Below, one piece after another: positions 29,915 to 43,588 of a DNA stretch of 64,000 bases. A program made the translations under genes and the position numbers. Every line of letters begins with the position of its first letter. Positions within the stretch are counted from its first letter, which is position 1. Below the pieces are notes generated by a model. The model had not been told where the DNA came from and did no database searches. It was given only the letters and a program-made list of their open reading frames with translations. This stretch comes from the human T2T-CHM13v2.0 reference genome, Homo sapiens. The stretch lies in assembly GCF_009914755.1 (NCBI RefSeq), contig NC_060936.1, one strand, 5' to 3'.

Positions 29915-32900
29915 TATGTCACATACCGTATCATCTAGAAAAAGCTGGCCTCATAAGAGCACTGGAATGCCTTTCCAAATCCACAGCCAGTTCAGAGGTG
30001 CTTTCTGAAATCATGAATACTGTTCTTCAGTATATGGAATATGTATTAAATCAGAGACCCCTTGATATAGTTTGGATTTGTGTCCTGCACAAATCTCATG
30101 TTGAACTGTAATCACCAATGTTGTAAGTGGTGCCTGGTAGGAGGTGATTGGATCATGGGGGTGGATTTCCCCCTTTGGTGATGTTATCATGGTAGTGTTC
30201 TCATAAGATAGAGATATGGTTGTTTAAAAGTGTGTAGCACCTTCCCCCACTTCTTGCTCCAGCCATGTAAGATGGGCCCGCATCCCCCTTCGCCTTCTCC
30301 CATGATGGTAAGTTTCCTGAGACCTCCCTAGAAACTAAGCAGATGCCAGCATTATGCCCCCTGTACAGCCTGAAAAACTGTGAGCCAATTAAACCTCTCT
30401 TTTTTTTGAATAAACTAACCAGTCTCAGGAATTTCTTTATAGCAATAGGAGAGCAGACTACACCTATATTCAGCATTATTTCCTCAATAAGAAGAAACCA
30501 CGGGTCCAGGAACAAAGGTATAGAATGAGGATTTGTTCTTATCCTGAATGATCCATTAAAGGACTCCAGGCTTACCATTCCTACAGCTGTGGGCTGTGTA
30601 AGATTGGAAAGCCTCATTTCCAAAGTGGGTGCAATCTTACCAAAGGACATAGCAAGGGTCTCATTAAGTCATAGTGGCTACAAAGATACTTTGTACTCCT
30701 TGCATACAGAAATCAATGTGAAAGAAGAGGAGCTAGCTTCTTTTGGGGGGCAGTTTACCCTAATTACTAACAGTATATAGTACTGTTTTTATACAGTGGA
30801 GGCAGGAAGAAATATGAGTAGAACACAAGTGATCCACTTGGGTGCTTCTCAATATTTTCTTATTCCATTGTACATGTTAATGCAGCAACTCTGACCTGAA
30901 AATAGTATGAAGCCCCGTTAGGAAGTCTCTGAAACTCCCTTCACCCATTAAGTTAGTAATTCAGAAGCAATAATATGTCCCAAAGGAACTATGGGGATTA
31001 ATGATGCCACCAAAGCTGTAAAAGATTCAGGGGTGGTGATGCCCATCATAGCATCAATCATAGACTTTCAGGGCCCCCCAAAAAACTAAATACATAATGG
31101 CAGATGATACTGAGCTCCGTAAGTTTTTCTTGGTAGTAGCCCCAGTCACAGCTACCATGCCAAATGAGAAATCTTCACTGGAACAGAACAGTAAGGCATT
31201 TTGTAATAGGTATGCAACAATCGATCTGGGAAATATATTCTTCTAAATCTTTATGAATAGGAGGATCAAACACAGTTCTTTGTAATTACCTAGGAAAGCA
31301 TATTTACTGTCTTGCCCCATGACCATATTCATTCTCTTGCTCTGTCACAATATATTCCTTAATTGTCTTGATATTACACTGAATATCATGCTGTTTGCAA
31401 ATGGATGACATTATAACAGATATATGGTGAGCAGATATGGAATCACTCTAGGCATCTTAATACATGGATGTCAATAAGTAAGAGATAAATCTCAAATATA
31501 TGCAAGGGTATGTGTGTGTGTATGCACACACATATATTATTTATATCTATATAATACCTATACACCATATATCTATATATAGGTATTACCATACTGGTGA
31601 TATATTCAGAGCTTCAATAATATGAAGCATATAAAGATATTTTCTCCAAGGAAAAAGAGAAAATGTTGCACTTTATACAAATGCTGCCTTTAAGATAAAA
31701 GCACTTGGTAGTCTTTTTGAATTTTGGAGGCAGTATAACCACACTTTGGAATAGTGCTCTATCCCATTTTTCAGGTGACCTAGAGGCCTGCCAATTTTGA
31801 GTGGGGCCTAGAGAATAAGAAGGCTTTTCAGCAGGTTCGGTCTGCTGCCTGCTGCCCTGCTATTTGGGCAATATGGCCCACAGATTTGACAGTCTAATGG
31901 CAGCCATAGTAGATGAGGATGCTGTAGAGTTTCTGACAAGTATGAATAGAAAAATTTCATGACATACTGCTAGGATTTTGGAGAAAGGTCATACCTTTTC
32001 TTCCAGAGAACCACTCACTGTTTAAAAAACAGTTTCTGTTGTGGTATTGATCTCTAAAAAAAAAACTGTCTAGTAACTAGACAACAAGCGATTATGTGAT
32101 CAGCAAAAAACAACAGAAGCTGGGTGTTATCATACCATATTACACCAAGTCACCACAGAAGGTAGGCCAAGCAACAATTCATTGTACAGTAGATACAATA
32201 CACTTAGAATTGAGCCCAAGAACTATAGAAATTGCAAATAAATCACATGAACAAGTAATCCACATTTCTACTCTACCCATCCCTGATGCCTTGACACTTT
32301 TTTACAACTCATTTGGTCTTATGCGGGATTTCCTACATCCACCTAATAAAGGATAAAAAAAATTAGTTAATTAATTTTTCAAAAACCAACCTTAGCCTCA
32401 TTCGCAGATGGATCAGCACAATATGTAGTACTTGCTATAAATGTAGTTCTGCTATACTAGAACCCCATCAGAAGTGGACCTAAAAGACAATGGTGAAGAG
32501 AAGTCCCTGCAGTGGGCAGAGCTGTGAGAAGCACAGTTGATTACTGAATTCGTTTCAAAGAAGTGGCCTGGATAGTAGCAAAAGCACTGACTGGTAGCTA
32601 AAAGACCTAAAAGAGCAAAATTGGAAGATCTAAGATAAAGAAATCTGGGGAAGAGGCATGTAGTAAGACATAAGAGCAAGACCCAAAGTGGAAGGATCTT
32701 TGTATGTCAAGTCAATACCCCCAGAGCAAGCAACACAGAGGAGGCACTGCAAAACCATGTAGGCAGAATGACTCAGCCATCCTCTTTCTTCACTCTAATG
32801 CTGGTGCAATGGGCCCATGAATGGCATTGGTGGCAGAGAAGGAGGCTTGCATGAGATCAGCAGCATTGGCTCCTTCTCATCAAGCTGATCTAGCTGATGT

Positions 32901-33330
32901 CACTAATTAAAGCCCAAATTTCCTGCTGTAAAGGCTAACAATGAGCCATCAACATGCTATTATTTCTCAAGGAGACTACTCAACCTCTTGAGAGTAAGTC
33001 TACTACATGGACTCCTTCAACCCTGGAGGAGACAGTGATATATATTTATCAAAACAGACACCTACTATGGATATGTATTTACTTTCCCTACCCATGGTTC
33101 TTCTGCCAGCAGCAACAGAACTCAGAGAATGCCTGATATTCTGGCACAGTATTCCACAAAACATTTCCTTGGGATTATCCCACTAAGCAAATACTTAAAC
33201 CAGACAATGTGCCAGTCATTGGAGAGGAAAATCTAAAATGACTAATGGAGAAGAAAGATGAATTATATTATTTACCACTTATTAATCAACTGCAGCAATG
33301 GGATCTATTCTTCCAGTAAACTTCTTATAA
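29915..33330 (+). mobile_element. Decayed ERVL-class internal region (ERV3-16A3/ERVL-like pol: RT, RNase H, integrase, dUTPase), rearranged
   Basis: RT: KDSGVVMPI, YATIDLGNIFF, FTVLPHD, MDDI (31401). RNase H: FADGSAQY (32401), KSLQWAEL. Integrase: QWAHE, DTYYGYVFTFP, ECLIFWHSIPQNI. Integrase C-half plus dUTPase: HIPYHLEKAGLI (29920), VLNQRP, HGSRNKGIE, GAILPKDIARV. Confidence 0.85.
30063..30462 (+). mobile_element. MSTA/MSTB (MaLR) solo LTR inserted into the ERVL pol
   Basis: TGATATAGTTTGGATTTGTGTCC...CTGTGAGCCAATTAAACCTCT...TTCTTTATAGCA. Confidence 0.88.
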
Positions 33331-33429
33331 GTCCTCACAGAGTTTATGCTTGGCCACCAAGATAAAGGGGACTCCATGATATTCAGGATTTAATAAAGAA
33401 CACAAGCACACTTCAGGTCCTATCAGGTT

Positions 33430-33909
33430 CACTTCTTACTGAAAAACTGTGATTTGACCAGTTTTACGTAGGTTTCAATGCTTGCCCTTAGGCTTGTACT
33501 CCAGACATATTCCAGGTCTTCTCTGATGTCTTAACATGGAATACTCAGTGTCATCTAGCCAGCACTTATACAGTTCATAGTGTAAAAAGGGTCAGTACCT
33601 GCAGAGCCTGTCTTGACTACAGAATTTGGAACAGATGAATGATTCCTCCTCTTTTTATTCTCACGGCAGACAGTTCTAAGATGACAGTTTTAAGACATAC
33701 TTTCTATGGCTCTTCAGAAGGTGCAATGAGATTAAGCACCAGTTACCCATCATGGTACACAACGCAATAAAGCGTCCTTGTGTTCTCTCTCCTTTTCTAT
33801 TCAGTCCCACTGTCCCTCACACACACTCCCTGGTATCTCTTTGCAAATAAACTACAGGCAAGTAAGTTATTATCTCAGGCTTTCGTATTAGGGAATTCAA
33901 TCTAACACA
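33430..33909 (+). mobile_element. LTR16-like 3' LTR of the ERVL element (left edge approximate)
   Basis: Ends GCAAATAAACTAC...TCTCAGGCTTTCGTATTAGGGAATTCAATCTAACACA, matching the LTR16 terminus. Confidence 0.65.
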
Positions 33910-34674
33910 TAGCTGTGTTATCTCTGTGTAGAGTAAACCTTCTTTCACTTGTTTGCTTTTGAAAAGGTCTCTTAGACTTATACTTTGCTGCTAATTAATT
34001 AATTTTAATGTTATTTTAGCACTTATGCCTTTGCTGATTATAAAGAATCATATAAAACCCTTTTACATATAATTATAAAATTGAGAGACACATGAAAGAG
34101 AAAATAGAGTGTATGTATAATATCATTACCAAGATAACTCCAGTTAACATTTCTTTTAGGCTTTTTCTATGTATTTTAACTATAATACATACATACATAC
34201 ACATACACAAACATAAACACATTTTATCAAAAAGAAAATGAACTGTGCCATAGCTACTCTTTTGAAACATAATTTCTTTAAAAAAGCAACAAGGTCATGA
34301 AATACATATTGAGAAACTATAAATCTACTTTTTTACTTTAATAATGCAGCATATTTGATTAGGCTGTACTATAATTTATTTAATTAGTTGTCTACTGATA
34401 ATTAATTTATTTCCAATTTTACCTGTAAATACTGCTCTAATGGATTTCCTAGATAAATGCACTTGTGTGATTTGTCTAATCATCTTCTTAGAATACAGTA
34501 ATGAAATGAAATTTCAGGGTAAAGGAAATATAATTTTTAAAATCTTAAACACATGTAGAAACATTTACATCAGGAAATATACCATTTTGCATTGCCATTA
34601 ACATTTCTTCATACCTTCATCAATATTACATAACAAAAATGAAAGGATTTCTTTCAGCAATATCCCTCTTAAGG

Positions 34675-34679
<5 letters not shown>

Positions 34680-34722
<43 letters not shown>

Positions 34723-34772
34723 TCTTCTCCCCATCTATCTCTCTCTTGCTCTCTTTCTCTCCCTGTCTCTCT
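34680..34772. repeat. (CT)n microsatellite / pyrimidine tract
   Basis: Read directly from the sequence. Confidence 0.95.
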
Positions 34773-35305
34773 ATTTATTTAGTACTAAGCCACTCAGTAT
34801 TATTTTTAATAATAGAAGTGGGCCACTAAACTGCTTTCTGAAGTATTCTTTTAAATGGAGGGTCCCTTTCAATGTTTTTAATGACCTTGATTAATTTGAC
34901 TGTTGATATTTGAAAATAACAGAAAGAAACTGTGTTTATTACATAAGAAGAAATAAGAAATTATAAACTCCTCAAAATGAGAATAAGAGCTGAACAGAAG
35001 AGAAAAGTAGGAATAAGGGGCAGAAATGAAAGGAGAAAAAGAAAGAATACATACCTCAGCAGAAACAAAAAGGGAAAAAAGGAGAAAGAGAGAAGGGGAG
35101 AGGGGAAGGAAAGGAGAGTGAGAGAGACAGAGCATGCTCAGATTAAGGCAAGAATGGCAAATATAAGGAAAGAGAAAGGTATTAAAAAGCAAAACTAGGG
35201 TTGGACATTTGAAAAAGCAAATAAACAGGAGCTTTAAAATGGTCTGTGTTAAGATGTGAAGTACAGACGTCTGAAAAATCTTCAGTACTGTCTACCTTTT
35301 CAATT

Positions 35306-35842
35306 AGTAGAGGAGGAAAGATAATTTTCTCTCTACCTTCTGAGTTCTTAGCTGTAACAAGGACAGATGAGCAAGAGAAAAACAAACAGAAGCTTATTAA
35401 CATGTTCATTTCATATAACATGAGAGATTCCCAGGGAATGAATAATTTTCAAAGAGGTGGCTTTGAATTCAGGCTTATGTGGCATATTCAACAAAAAGAA
35501 CAGTACATTTTTAGAGAATTGACAGGGCAAAGAAAAAGAACTTTGAGTCTGTGGGGCACCCAATTGTGGGAAGACAAATAAATGGTAGATAATAGCAACT
35601 TAGTGCAGTTTTTATGTAGATTTTTCTGGTGTAGTCTTCAGGCTGACAATGGCCTATCGTTATCTCCTATGATCAGCTTTTGCTTTTCCTGATAGAAAGG
35701 GGAGAAGGGACACATTGCCTTTTTAAGTTTATGTCCTGCTTTTAGGCAAATAGAAGGAGGGCAGAGAGCACTTCTTACGTCTGCTTCTTTTCAATTGCCT
35801 TTAGCTTAATTCTTAAGCTAAAGTGGCATTCTGGTCTCCTAC
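35306..35842 (-). mobile_element. MER34-family (ERV1) solo LTR
   Basis: Reverse complement starts TGTAGGAGACCAGAATGCCAC...AAGGCAATTGAAAAGAAGCAGA...CTCTCTGCCCTCC...GCCTAAAAGCAGGACATAAA. Confidence 0.7.
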
Positions 35843-38731
35843 ATACTACTACCATCGTTCTAACAAAGAGGAGGGAATTTGGGGTAAAACCAAATCTGGA
35901 GTCTTTCATCCGTTTGGCAGTAATTCCCAGTGTTTTGTCAAAGTTTATGTCATATAGAAATGGTAAATACGAGTATCTCTGGATCAGTGAGAAAACACTC
36001 AACATAGGCTCAGAAGACTAAATTCAAATTCTGTTATCACTTTCTGAGTGTAGTAAGTCACTTAAAAGTTCTCTAAGCCAAAATTTCTTTACAGAGAATT
36101 TTTAAAAAATAATACTATTAAACATTTTGAGTTAATGGGATGGCTAAGTAAATAATGTTTGAAGAAAAAAAAGATTTGTAAATGTTCTTCACATAGTAAG
36201 CAATCAATAAGTGCCTGCTGAATCTAAAAAGACCATTATTCATAGAAACATAGGAACAACCACCACCATGAAAAAAATATATAAACAATGGAAATTAGGT
36301 AAGAAGGCAAAGGGATTATGCAGCTGTATAAAATGGAAATTGTCCAAATTATTTGCCTCAATTTGACTCAATGTCTTATTTACAGAAAGCATATCTTAAA
36401 TTTCTACATAAAATACTATATAACTTAAAGCATATTTGAAAGCTCTTATTAAATAAATATAAAATTGCCTTTATTTAGTGATTAGCTTTTCCCCTCAGAT
36501 GTTCTAAAAGTTCTTTCAAGAAATAATTGACTAAAAATGAGTAATGTGATAAATTATAATAATTGTTTAAATATATTTAAATTTAAAAAAATTTTAAACA
36601 TGATAAGAAATTACTACTTTTTCCATTTCTACAGTTATTTCCATAATCAATCAGAGAGGCTTAGAGGGAGACAGTTGTTTAATTTTAATTATAATGGTAT
36701 ATTTGATTGGCATAGAAATATATTGAACTACTCACAAAATTGCTACTGCTAACTATCTAAATCTATTTCTTCAGAAGATATTGACTGAGAAATCTCTAAT
36801 AATCTAATGTAAAAATATGTATTTAGAGTTTTTAAAATATGAATTATTGATCCAACTTACAGCTCCAAAGGAGCTATTAGTGTCCATCATTAAAACCATT
36901 TAATGACTTTTTAAAGTAATAATTATTCACCTAATTGACCATAACAGTTGCTTTGGTAGAGTTATGAAATGTCATCTAATATTTGAAGAATTTTTTAAAA
37001 CTAAGATTATTAATTCATTGTACTGTCTTGGAAACGTAAGTCATCACTAGTACCAATTGTTCAAATAACACTCCCCTGGAGGGCAAAGATAACAGCTCCC
37101 CCTTGCTCTGTGGAGTAATGCTCAACATTGTAACATCAAGAGGTCACGTTAGGAATGAATTTACCTGTCAACATGGGTTGGAAGCTTACATGTGAGATGT
37201 ACAGTACCGAAAACTAATTAAACCCATTTTCCTAACTTCCTTTTTCCCTCTTTTTTTTTTCTATCCCCACTCTCTCCCTCTTTTTATCCTCCACTTCCTT
37301 GCTTTATTCGCTACATTTCAATCTATTAACAATTATATACTGTGTTCCAGGTACAATGCTTGACTCTGGGAGCCCAGAGGTGAACACAACCCATTCCTTT
37401 CTTCATGTCCTAGTAGAGAAGAAAGAAAAGTTAAGTTATGGTACTGTATATTAAATGTTATGATAGGTACAGTGGGATCACAGAAAGATGTCTTCTAATT
37501 CAGATAAGAGAGTCAGAGAAGGATCTCTAGAAGCAGTGACCATATGGAAACTGAACTTTTAAGGAAAGGAGCCTCCCCAAGTAGATCTGGAGAGCAAGGG
37601 TGCATCTGTCAATGACCATGGCAGGGAATCTGTATTTGACTTTGCATAAACTCTAACCATCATGTGAGTGAAACTGTCCATTTTTTGAATTTGGTAGAAG
37701 CAAACACAACTCCTACTGTATGAGTTTTGTTTCATTTAATAAGACACTTGGTGAAAAAGAGTAACACAAATTAAAAAAAAAAAAGAAGAAGAAAAAGGCT
37801 CTCTCCAGTTTGGGGAGCTTAGCAGACAGTTGGGTCTTTGCTTTCTCCTTGACAGTGCTACAGACTATTTAAGGTCTCATCTCTGATCCTTCTGGACCTT
37901 AGACAAGAAAGATAAATCAAAAGCGGGTGAATTTGCTATGAAGTAATACTTGAGTTGTCTACTATTTTTGATCCTGGTATCTTCTATTTGAATTAGCAAC
38001 ACGGTTTCTACAGAAGTGGAGAAGAGTCACTCAAAATATTCTTGCTTCACTCACTCAATAATAAGTCATTTTTTTTCTCCTCCTATTGCTGATAAGAATG
38101 GAGTGGTAAATTCAGTTACTACTGATAAGTAAGAATGGGGTGTTAAATGTAGTTACTGACAGAGTTTATGATAGCAGAAAAGTCTGGAATTGCAGTTCTA
38201 TTGCAAAATTAGTTGACAGTCTAAGGCAGAGGAAGAAAAACTATGTGTTAAGACTATCAGAAAGCAAGGGGGTTATAGAGACAATACAACTCCATTATCA
38301 TTTGTGAGCCACATCTCAACATCAAGTTGGACTGAAAATCAGGCTATCAAAAATAGGAATGCTTCTTCTTTCTAGGACAAACAGCAGAGTGGTATAGCAG
38401 CCTAGAAACTTATAATAGCATATTTCTATCTTTGAATTGTGCACACTTATTTATATGTTTAGAATTTGGAACAGTCCTAATAGAAATATTGTGGTGACCA
38501 TAAGGTACAATATATGCAGCATAGAAACAGAATCTGATGCATCTGATAACTATATTTTATTTCAGTATGGCTGGCATATGAAATGTGTTTTTGTGTGTGC
38601 ACACATGCTCTTATGTGGAGTCTGCTGTGTGCATTGAGTGAAACTAGGGAGGGGGTAAAACATGAAGCCAGGAAAGCGGTAGGGAAGTGATCTACTAAAC
38701 TGGGCAATTAGAGTTTATATGGGCAATTAGA

Positions 38732-39335
38732 GTAAGGCAGGATAGGTAGTCAAGGAAGTAACCATGTTCTCAGGATGCAACAACTGTGATGACCACACAA
38801 TCAACATAGTAAGCCTCAGCCTTCACATTGTAATTGAGCTCATTCAAGCGAAGTTATCATCAGTAGGGAACTTCCCCTGTAGAGGGCATGAGCATGTTGA
38901 TATTCCTCATCCTCAAAGTTACGCTTTGCTCATTATAACAGTAAAAGACACACCTTTGGGTGGAGATTTAAGAGTTAATGAGACATGTGATGTATGAACA
39001 AGCATGTACAGCTACTGCGCATGTGCACTCAGAGGATCACCCAGAACATGCTTGCTAGTAACATCTCTAGCTCCTTACGAATAATCAGGTAAGACTCCCA
39101 TAATGTGAGTCTTCCTAGTGCCAGTCTTTTGCTGTTTCATCCTTATGGGTAGCTCACCCTGAACTCTCTCTTTCTGTCTCTCTCAGGGTATACTGTCTAT
39201 TCTGCACTTAATTTTCAAGTATTCTTTCTCTTTTACAATAAATTACTCTGTGCTGCATCTCCTTTGCTGTGTGTCTCTTGTTTAAATTCTTTTAAACTAG
39301 GAAGACAAGAACCAAGGTCTCACAACAGTTGTCAA
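38732..39335 (+). mobile_element. ERVL solo LTR (LTR18-like)
   Basis: GTAAGGCAGGATAGGTAGTCAAGGAAG...GCTACTGCGCATGTGCAC...CAATAAATTACTC...GGAAGACAAGAACC. Subfamily from memory. Confidence 0.6.
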
Positions 39336-39339
39336 GAAG

Positions 39340-41950
39340 ATAATTTGAACTTTATCCTAGACATGATGGACAACAATCAAGAGCCAGTATAAAAGAGCAG
39401 AGTTTATTTCTGGAAAATTTACTCTGACACCTGAATGAAGGATAAATGGATTGGGAAGAGACTTGAATAACATTAAGCCAATCAGTAAGGAAAGCTTGGT
39501 GTTACAATAATCCAATCAAGAAATAACCTGTGCTTTAATTAAGCATTGCCAATAAGCCTGAAGAGGAGGTAATAGAATAGAGAAATATTTGAGAGGTAGG
39601 ATTGTGTTTCAGGATCAACTTACTGAGGGTGTGAATCAAAGGAAGAGGCCTAGGGAATCATATTTCTGAGTTATTCAAGTGACTGGGAAAAGTAGACATT
39701 GTTGGAGACAGGAAAAACAGAAGAATGGATATTTTTAACTGGAGGAAGGATGACAGGATTGAGCATGTGTTTATTTTTGGACATGTTGATCTTGAGATGG
39801 CTGTCACCATCTAGATTATGATGTCCAATAGGCAATGAGAAATATAGATGTGGACCGGAGGGGAAAGGTCTGAGTGAGGGATATTGGAGACATAAATATG
39901 AGTCATAAAATTGGAAGTCATAAATAGGAGTCATAAAATTTGAACTGTGGGGGTAGCAAAGAGAATGCCAAAGAGAGTAAAGATGGAATGAGAGCAGTTC
40001 CAAACTGAGCACTGAACCCTGGTCACCCTTATGTGAATGGAGTAAGTAGTGGAAGAGTAGTCTGGAGAACTGTCAAAAAGGGAGGAAGTAGCTTAGAAGA
40101 CATTGAGATCACAGGATATAAGGGATGATAAGACTTTGAAAAGGGGAGACTCCAGCATCAAATGATGCAGAAAATGTATCTCAAAGAATATTCATTTATA
40201 CTTAAGAAGTGTGAATAATTTCAGCAGAATGTTGGGCACAAAATAAGCTGGACTACATAAGAGTGAGTTGATGTGGAAATGCCAATGACAAGGGAAGATA
40301 TATAGTTCAGCTACGAACTATACCTAGAGTTCAGACATGATACCAAAGGAAGTAGAGAATAGAATCTGTAACCACAGGGAGATGCAGAATTCACAGCTGC
40401 AGGATGAATCAAAAGCTGTCTACTTTTGTTTTCTTTTGTCTTATTTTTAGAGGGGAAGCACTAAGATCTGTATTTTGCTTAAAAGTATTCAGTGTACAGG
40501 ATAGGTGTTAATGATTCAAGATAATATAAGACATAATTAGAGGAGTGGGCTTCTAAAATATGAATGAGATTATTAGCCTGGAATAGAAGAAGTAACAACT
40601 TTTCTGTTAAGAAGGTTGGAAAGAAAGACAGGAAAGATTGTAGAGGGACACTTTGGAGTTCACGCCAAATGGCTTCTATTAGGAGGCAGAATAATAGCAT
40701 TGTTATGAGCTGTGGCTCTAAGGAAAGATAATGTGGGTTCAAATCCTAGTCACATTGTTTGGGAAAGTTACTTATGCTCTTCCAGTCTCTTCCCTTAATT
40801 GTAAAAGTGTGTGATATAATGTTAAATGAAATGATATACTCGAATGATTAAAACATTGCATAGTAAGTGCTCAATTCATATTAGAAGCCATTATTTCCCC
40901 TAGAAAATAAATTGAAGCAGTCACCAAATGACATTTAAAAAGTGAGTTGCATGGTGGAGCATTAGCTAGTGAGATGAGGATTTGGAAAATTTGGCTGACT
41001 ACAAAACTTGTCATATGGCATTGAGAATTTTGCTAGGCCACACACCATGCCTTAGCCTGTAATCCCAGCACTTTGGGAAGCTGAGATTGGAGGCTCTTTT
41101 GAGTTCAAGAATTTTGCTGAATGAACTTGGGGAGCTGGTAGTCATTATCCTAATATATCAGGTTAGAAGACCCAATTATTCCTGCAGCTTCCATCTCATT
41201 CTTCCCGCATACCACCTTTGATTTCATAGAACTTTTATAGATTCCCATTAAAAATCTATCCTTATTGAACAGGTCCTATGTGGCAGGCACTGTTCTGGAC
41301 TCCGGAGATACAGCATTAAACAAAACAGACAAAACTCTATGCCTTCAAAGAATTTCAGTCAAGTATGAAACACACAATGAGCAAAGTGAATTAGCAAAAT
41401 AGACAGCAAGGTTAAATGGTGGTAAATGCTATGGAGAAAATGAGGCAAGGAAATAGTAGCAAGCAGGGCTGCAATGTTATATAGAACAACGAGGAAGGTC
41501 CTACTGAGAAGGTGACAGTTGTGTAAGATTCCAAGAGGTAAGAGAGAGATCAGTCATATGCACAACAGGTAAGGGTATTCCATTCCAGGCAGAGATAGTA
41601 GCAAATACCCAAAGCAGAAACATGCTTCAGGCATGGACCAGAAACTCTGAGGCCAGGATGGCTGGAACAGAGTGAATAAGTAAGGAGTAGAAAGGTGATA
41701 GGGCATTATAATGATGTTGTACTTTTATTATGAACAAGAAAGGAAGCCACTGACACTGTAAAAGACTTACTCCGGCTGTTATGTTCAGCAAGGTCGGGAA
41801 AGAAAAGCAGAGAAACCAGTTAGGAGTCTATTAGCAATAAGACAGGCAAGAAATGCTGCTGGGTTGGACTGCAGTGGTCACAGAAGAGGTAGTGAGAAGT
41901 AGATGGATTTTGGAAGCATTTTGAAGATGGAGCCAAGTTTAACGTACCAG
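39340..41950. mobile_element. Long L2 fragments (~39340-40250, ~41250-41950), a MIR (~40680-40890) and an Alu monomer fragment (~41035-41110)
   Basis: L2 words TTTTGGACATGTTGATCTTGAGATG and GGCAGGCACTGTTCTGGACTCCGGAGATACAGCA. Alu word CTGTAATCCCAGCACTTTGGGA. Confidence 0.7.
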
Positions 41951-42009
41951 TTATAAAAGTGACATTTTGATGTCCATCTCTCTGCCTGCTGCACATGGCT
42001 TTCATTTGC

Positions 42010-42278
42010 TTTTTTTTTTTTTTTTTTTGAGATGGAGTCTTACTCTGTCACCTAGTCTGGAGTGTAGTGGGGCAATCTCGGCTCCTCTTCTGCCTCCCGG
42101 GTTCAAATGAGTAGCTGAGACTACAGGCGTGTGCCACCACAACTGGCTAATTTTTGTATTTTTAGACGAGGTTTAACTATGTTGACCAGGCTGGTCTCTG
42201 ACTCATGACCTCAGGTGATCCTCCCACCTCGGCATCCCAAAGTGCTGGGATTACAGGCGTGAGCCACCATGCCTGGCC
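42010..42278 (-). mobile_element. AluS-type SINE with two internal deletions
   Basis: T19 tail, Alu body, TSD TCATTTGCTT. Confidence 0.9.
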
Positions 42279-42350
42279 TCTCATTTGCTTCTAAATGTGG
42301 AGGCACAAAACAAATATGAACTATATTTTGCCTCCTGAATTCCCTCAAAT

Positions 42351-43230
42351 TGAGGTAAGAGATCAGCAGGACTTGTTTCCCAAGCACCAGTCACGACCCT
42401 GCTAATAAAACAGGATTTGGGGCCGGGCGCAGTGGCTCATGCCTGTAATCCCAGTACTTTGGGAGGCCAAGGCAGATGGATAACAAGGTCAGGAGTTCAA
42501 GACCAGCCTGGCCAAGATTGTGAAACCCCATCCCTGTTAAAAATACAAAAAATTAGCCAGGCATGGTGGTGGGCGCCTGTAATTCCAGCTACTCAGGAGG
42601 CTGAGGCAAAGAACTGCTTGAACCCAGGAGGCGGAGATTGCAGTGAGCTGAGATCACACCACTGCACTCCAGGCTGGGTGACAGAGTGAGACTCTGTCTC
42701 AAAAAAAAAACAAAAACAAAAAACAGGATTTGATCAAAACAGAAACTTGGCCAAAACCAGCTAAAACCATGATGGTGACAAGAGCAACCGCTAGTTGCCA
42801 TCACGGCTCATTATATGCTAATTATAGTGTATTAGCATGCTGAAAGACACTCCTATCAGCACCATGACAGTTTACAAATGCTATGGCAATGCCTAGAAGT
42901 TACCTTACATGGTTTAAAAGAGGAGGTGCCTTCAGTCAGTTTGGGAACTCCTCATCTCATTTCTAAAAACCTGTAAATAACCCACCCCTTATTTAGCATA
43001 TAATTAAGGAGTAGCTATAAATATAGCTAGCCAGCAATACATGAGTGCCACACTGCCTATGGGTTAGCCCTGCTCAGTCTATGGAGTGGCCATTTTTCCG
43101 TACTCTGTTGCTCTAATAAACTTGCTCTAATTCACTTCATTTTACTCTGTTGGCTCACTCTTGAATTCTTTCCTGCATGAAACGAAGAACCCTCCCAGGC
43201 TGAGCCCAATTTTGGGGTTCACCAGCATTA
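42351..43230 (+). mobile_element. MER41-family (MER41C-like) ERV1 solo LTR interrupted by an Alu
   Basis: TGAGGTAAGAGATCAGCAGGACTTG...CCATGACAGTTTACAAATGC...AATAAACTTGC. 4-bp TSD AAAT (42347-42350 / 43231-43234). Confidence 0.8.
42421..42719 (+). mobile_element. AluSg/Sc-like SINE
   Basis: Full dimer lacking the CT of ATCACCTGAGG. TSD AAAACAGGATTTG (42407-42419 / 42720-42732). Confidence 0.92.
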
Positions 43231-43263
43231 AAATTACCTTCTGTTTATTTCTTAGGACTCTGA

Positions 43264-43588
<325 letters not shown>

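Noticed and set aside
34878-35198. Lys/Arg/Glu-rich and Phe/Ser/Leu-rich ORFs
   Set aside because: Artefact of purine-rich low-complexity DNA.
42930-42975. MER41 tandem STAT1/GAS interferon enhancer
   Set aside because: Both positions are degenerate (GTTTGGGAA, TTCTAAAAA) and do not match TTCNNNGAA.
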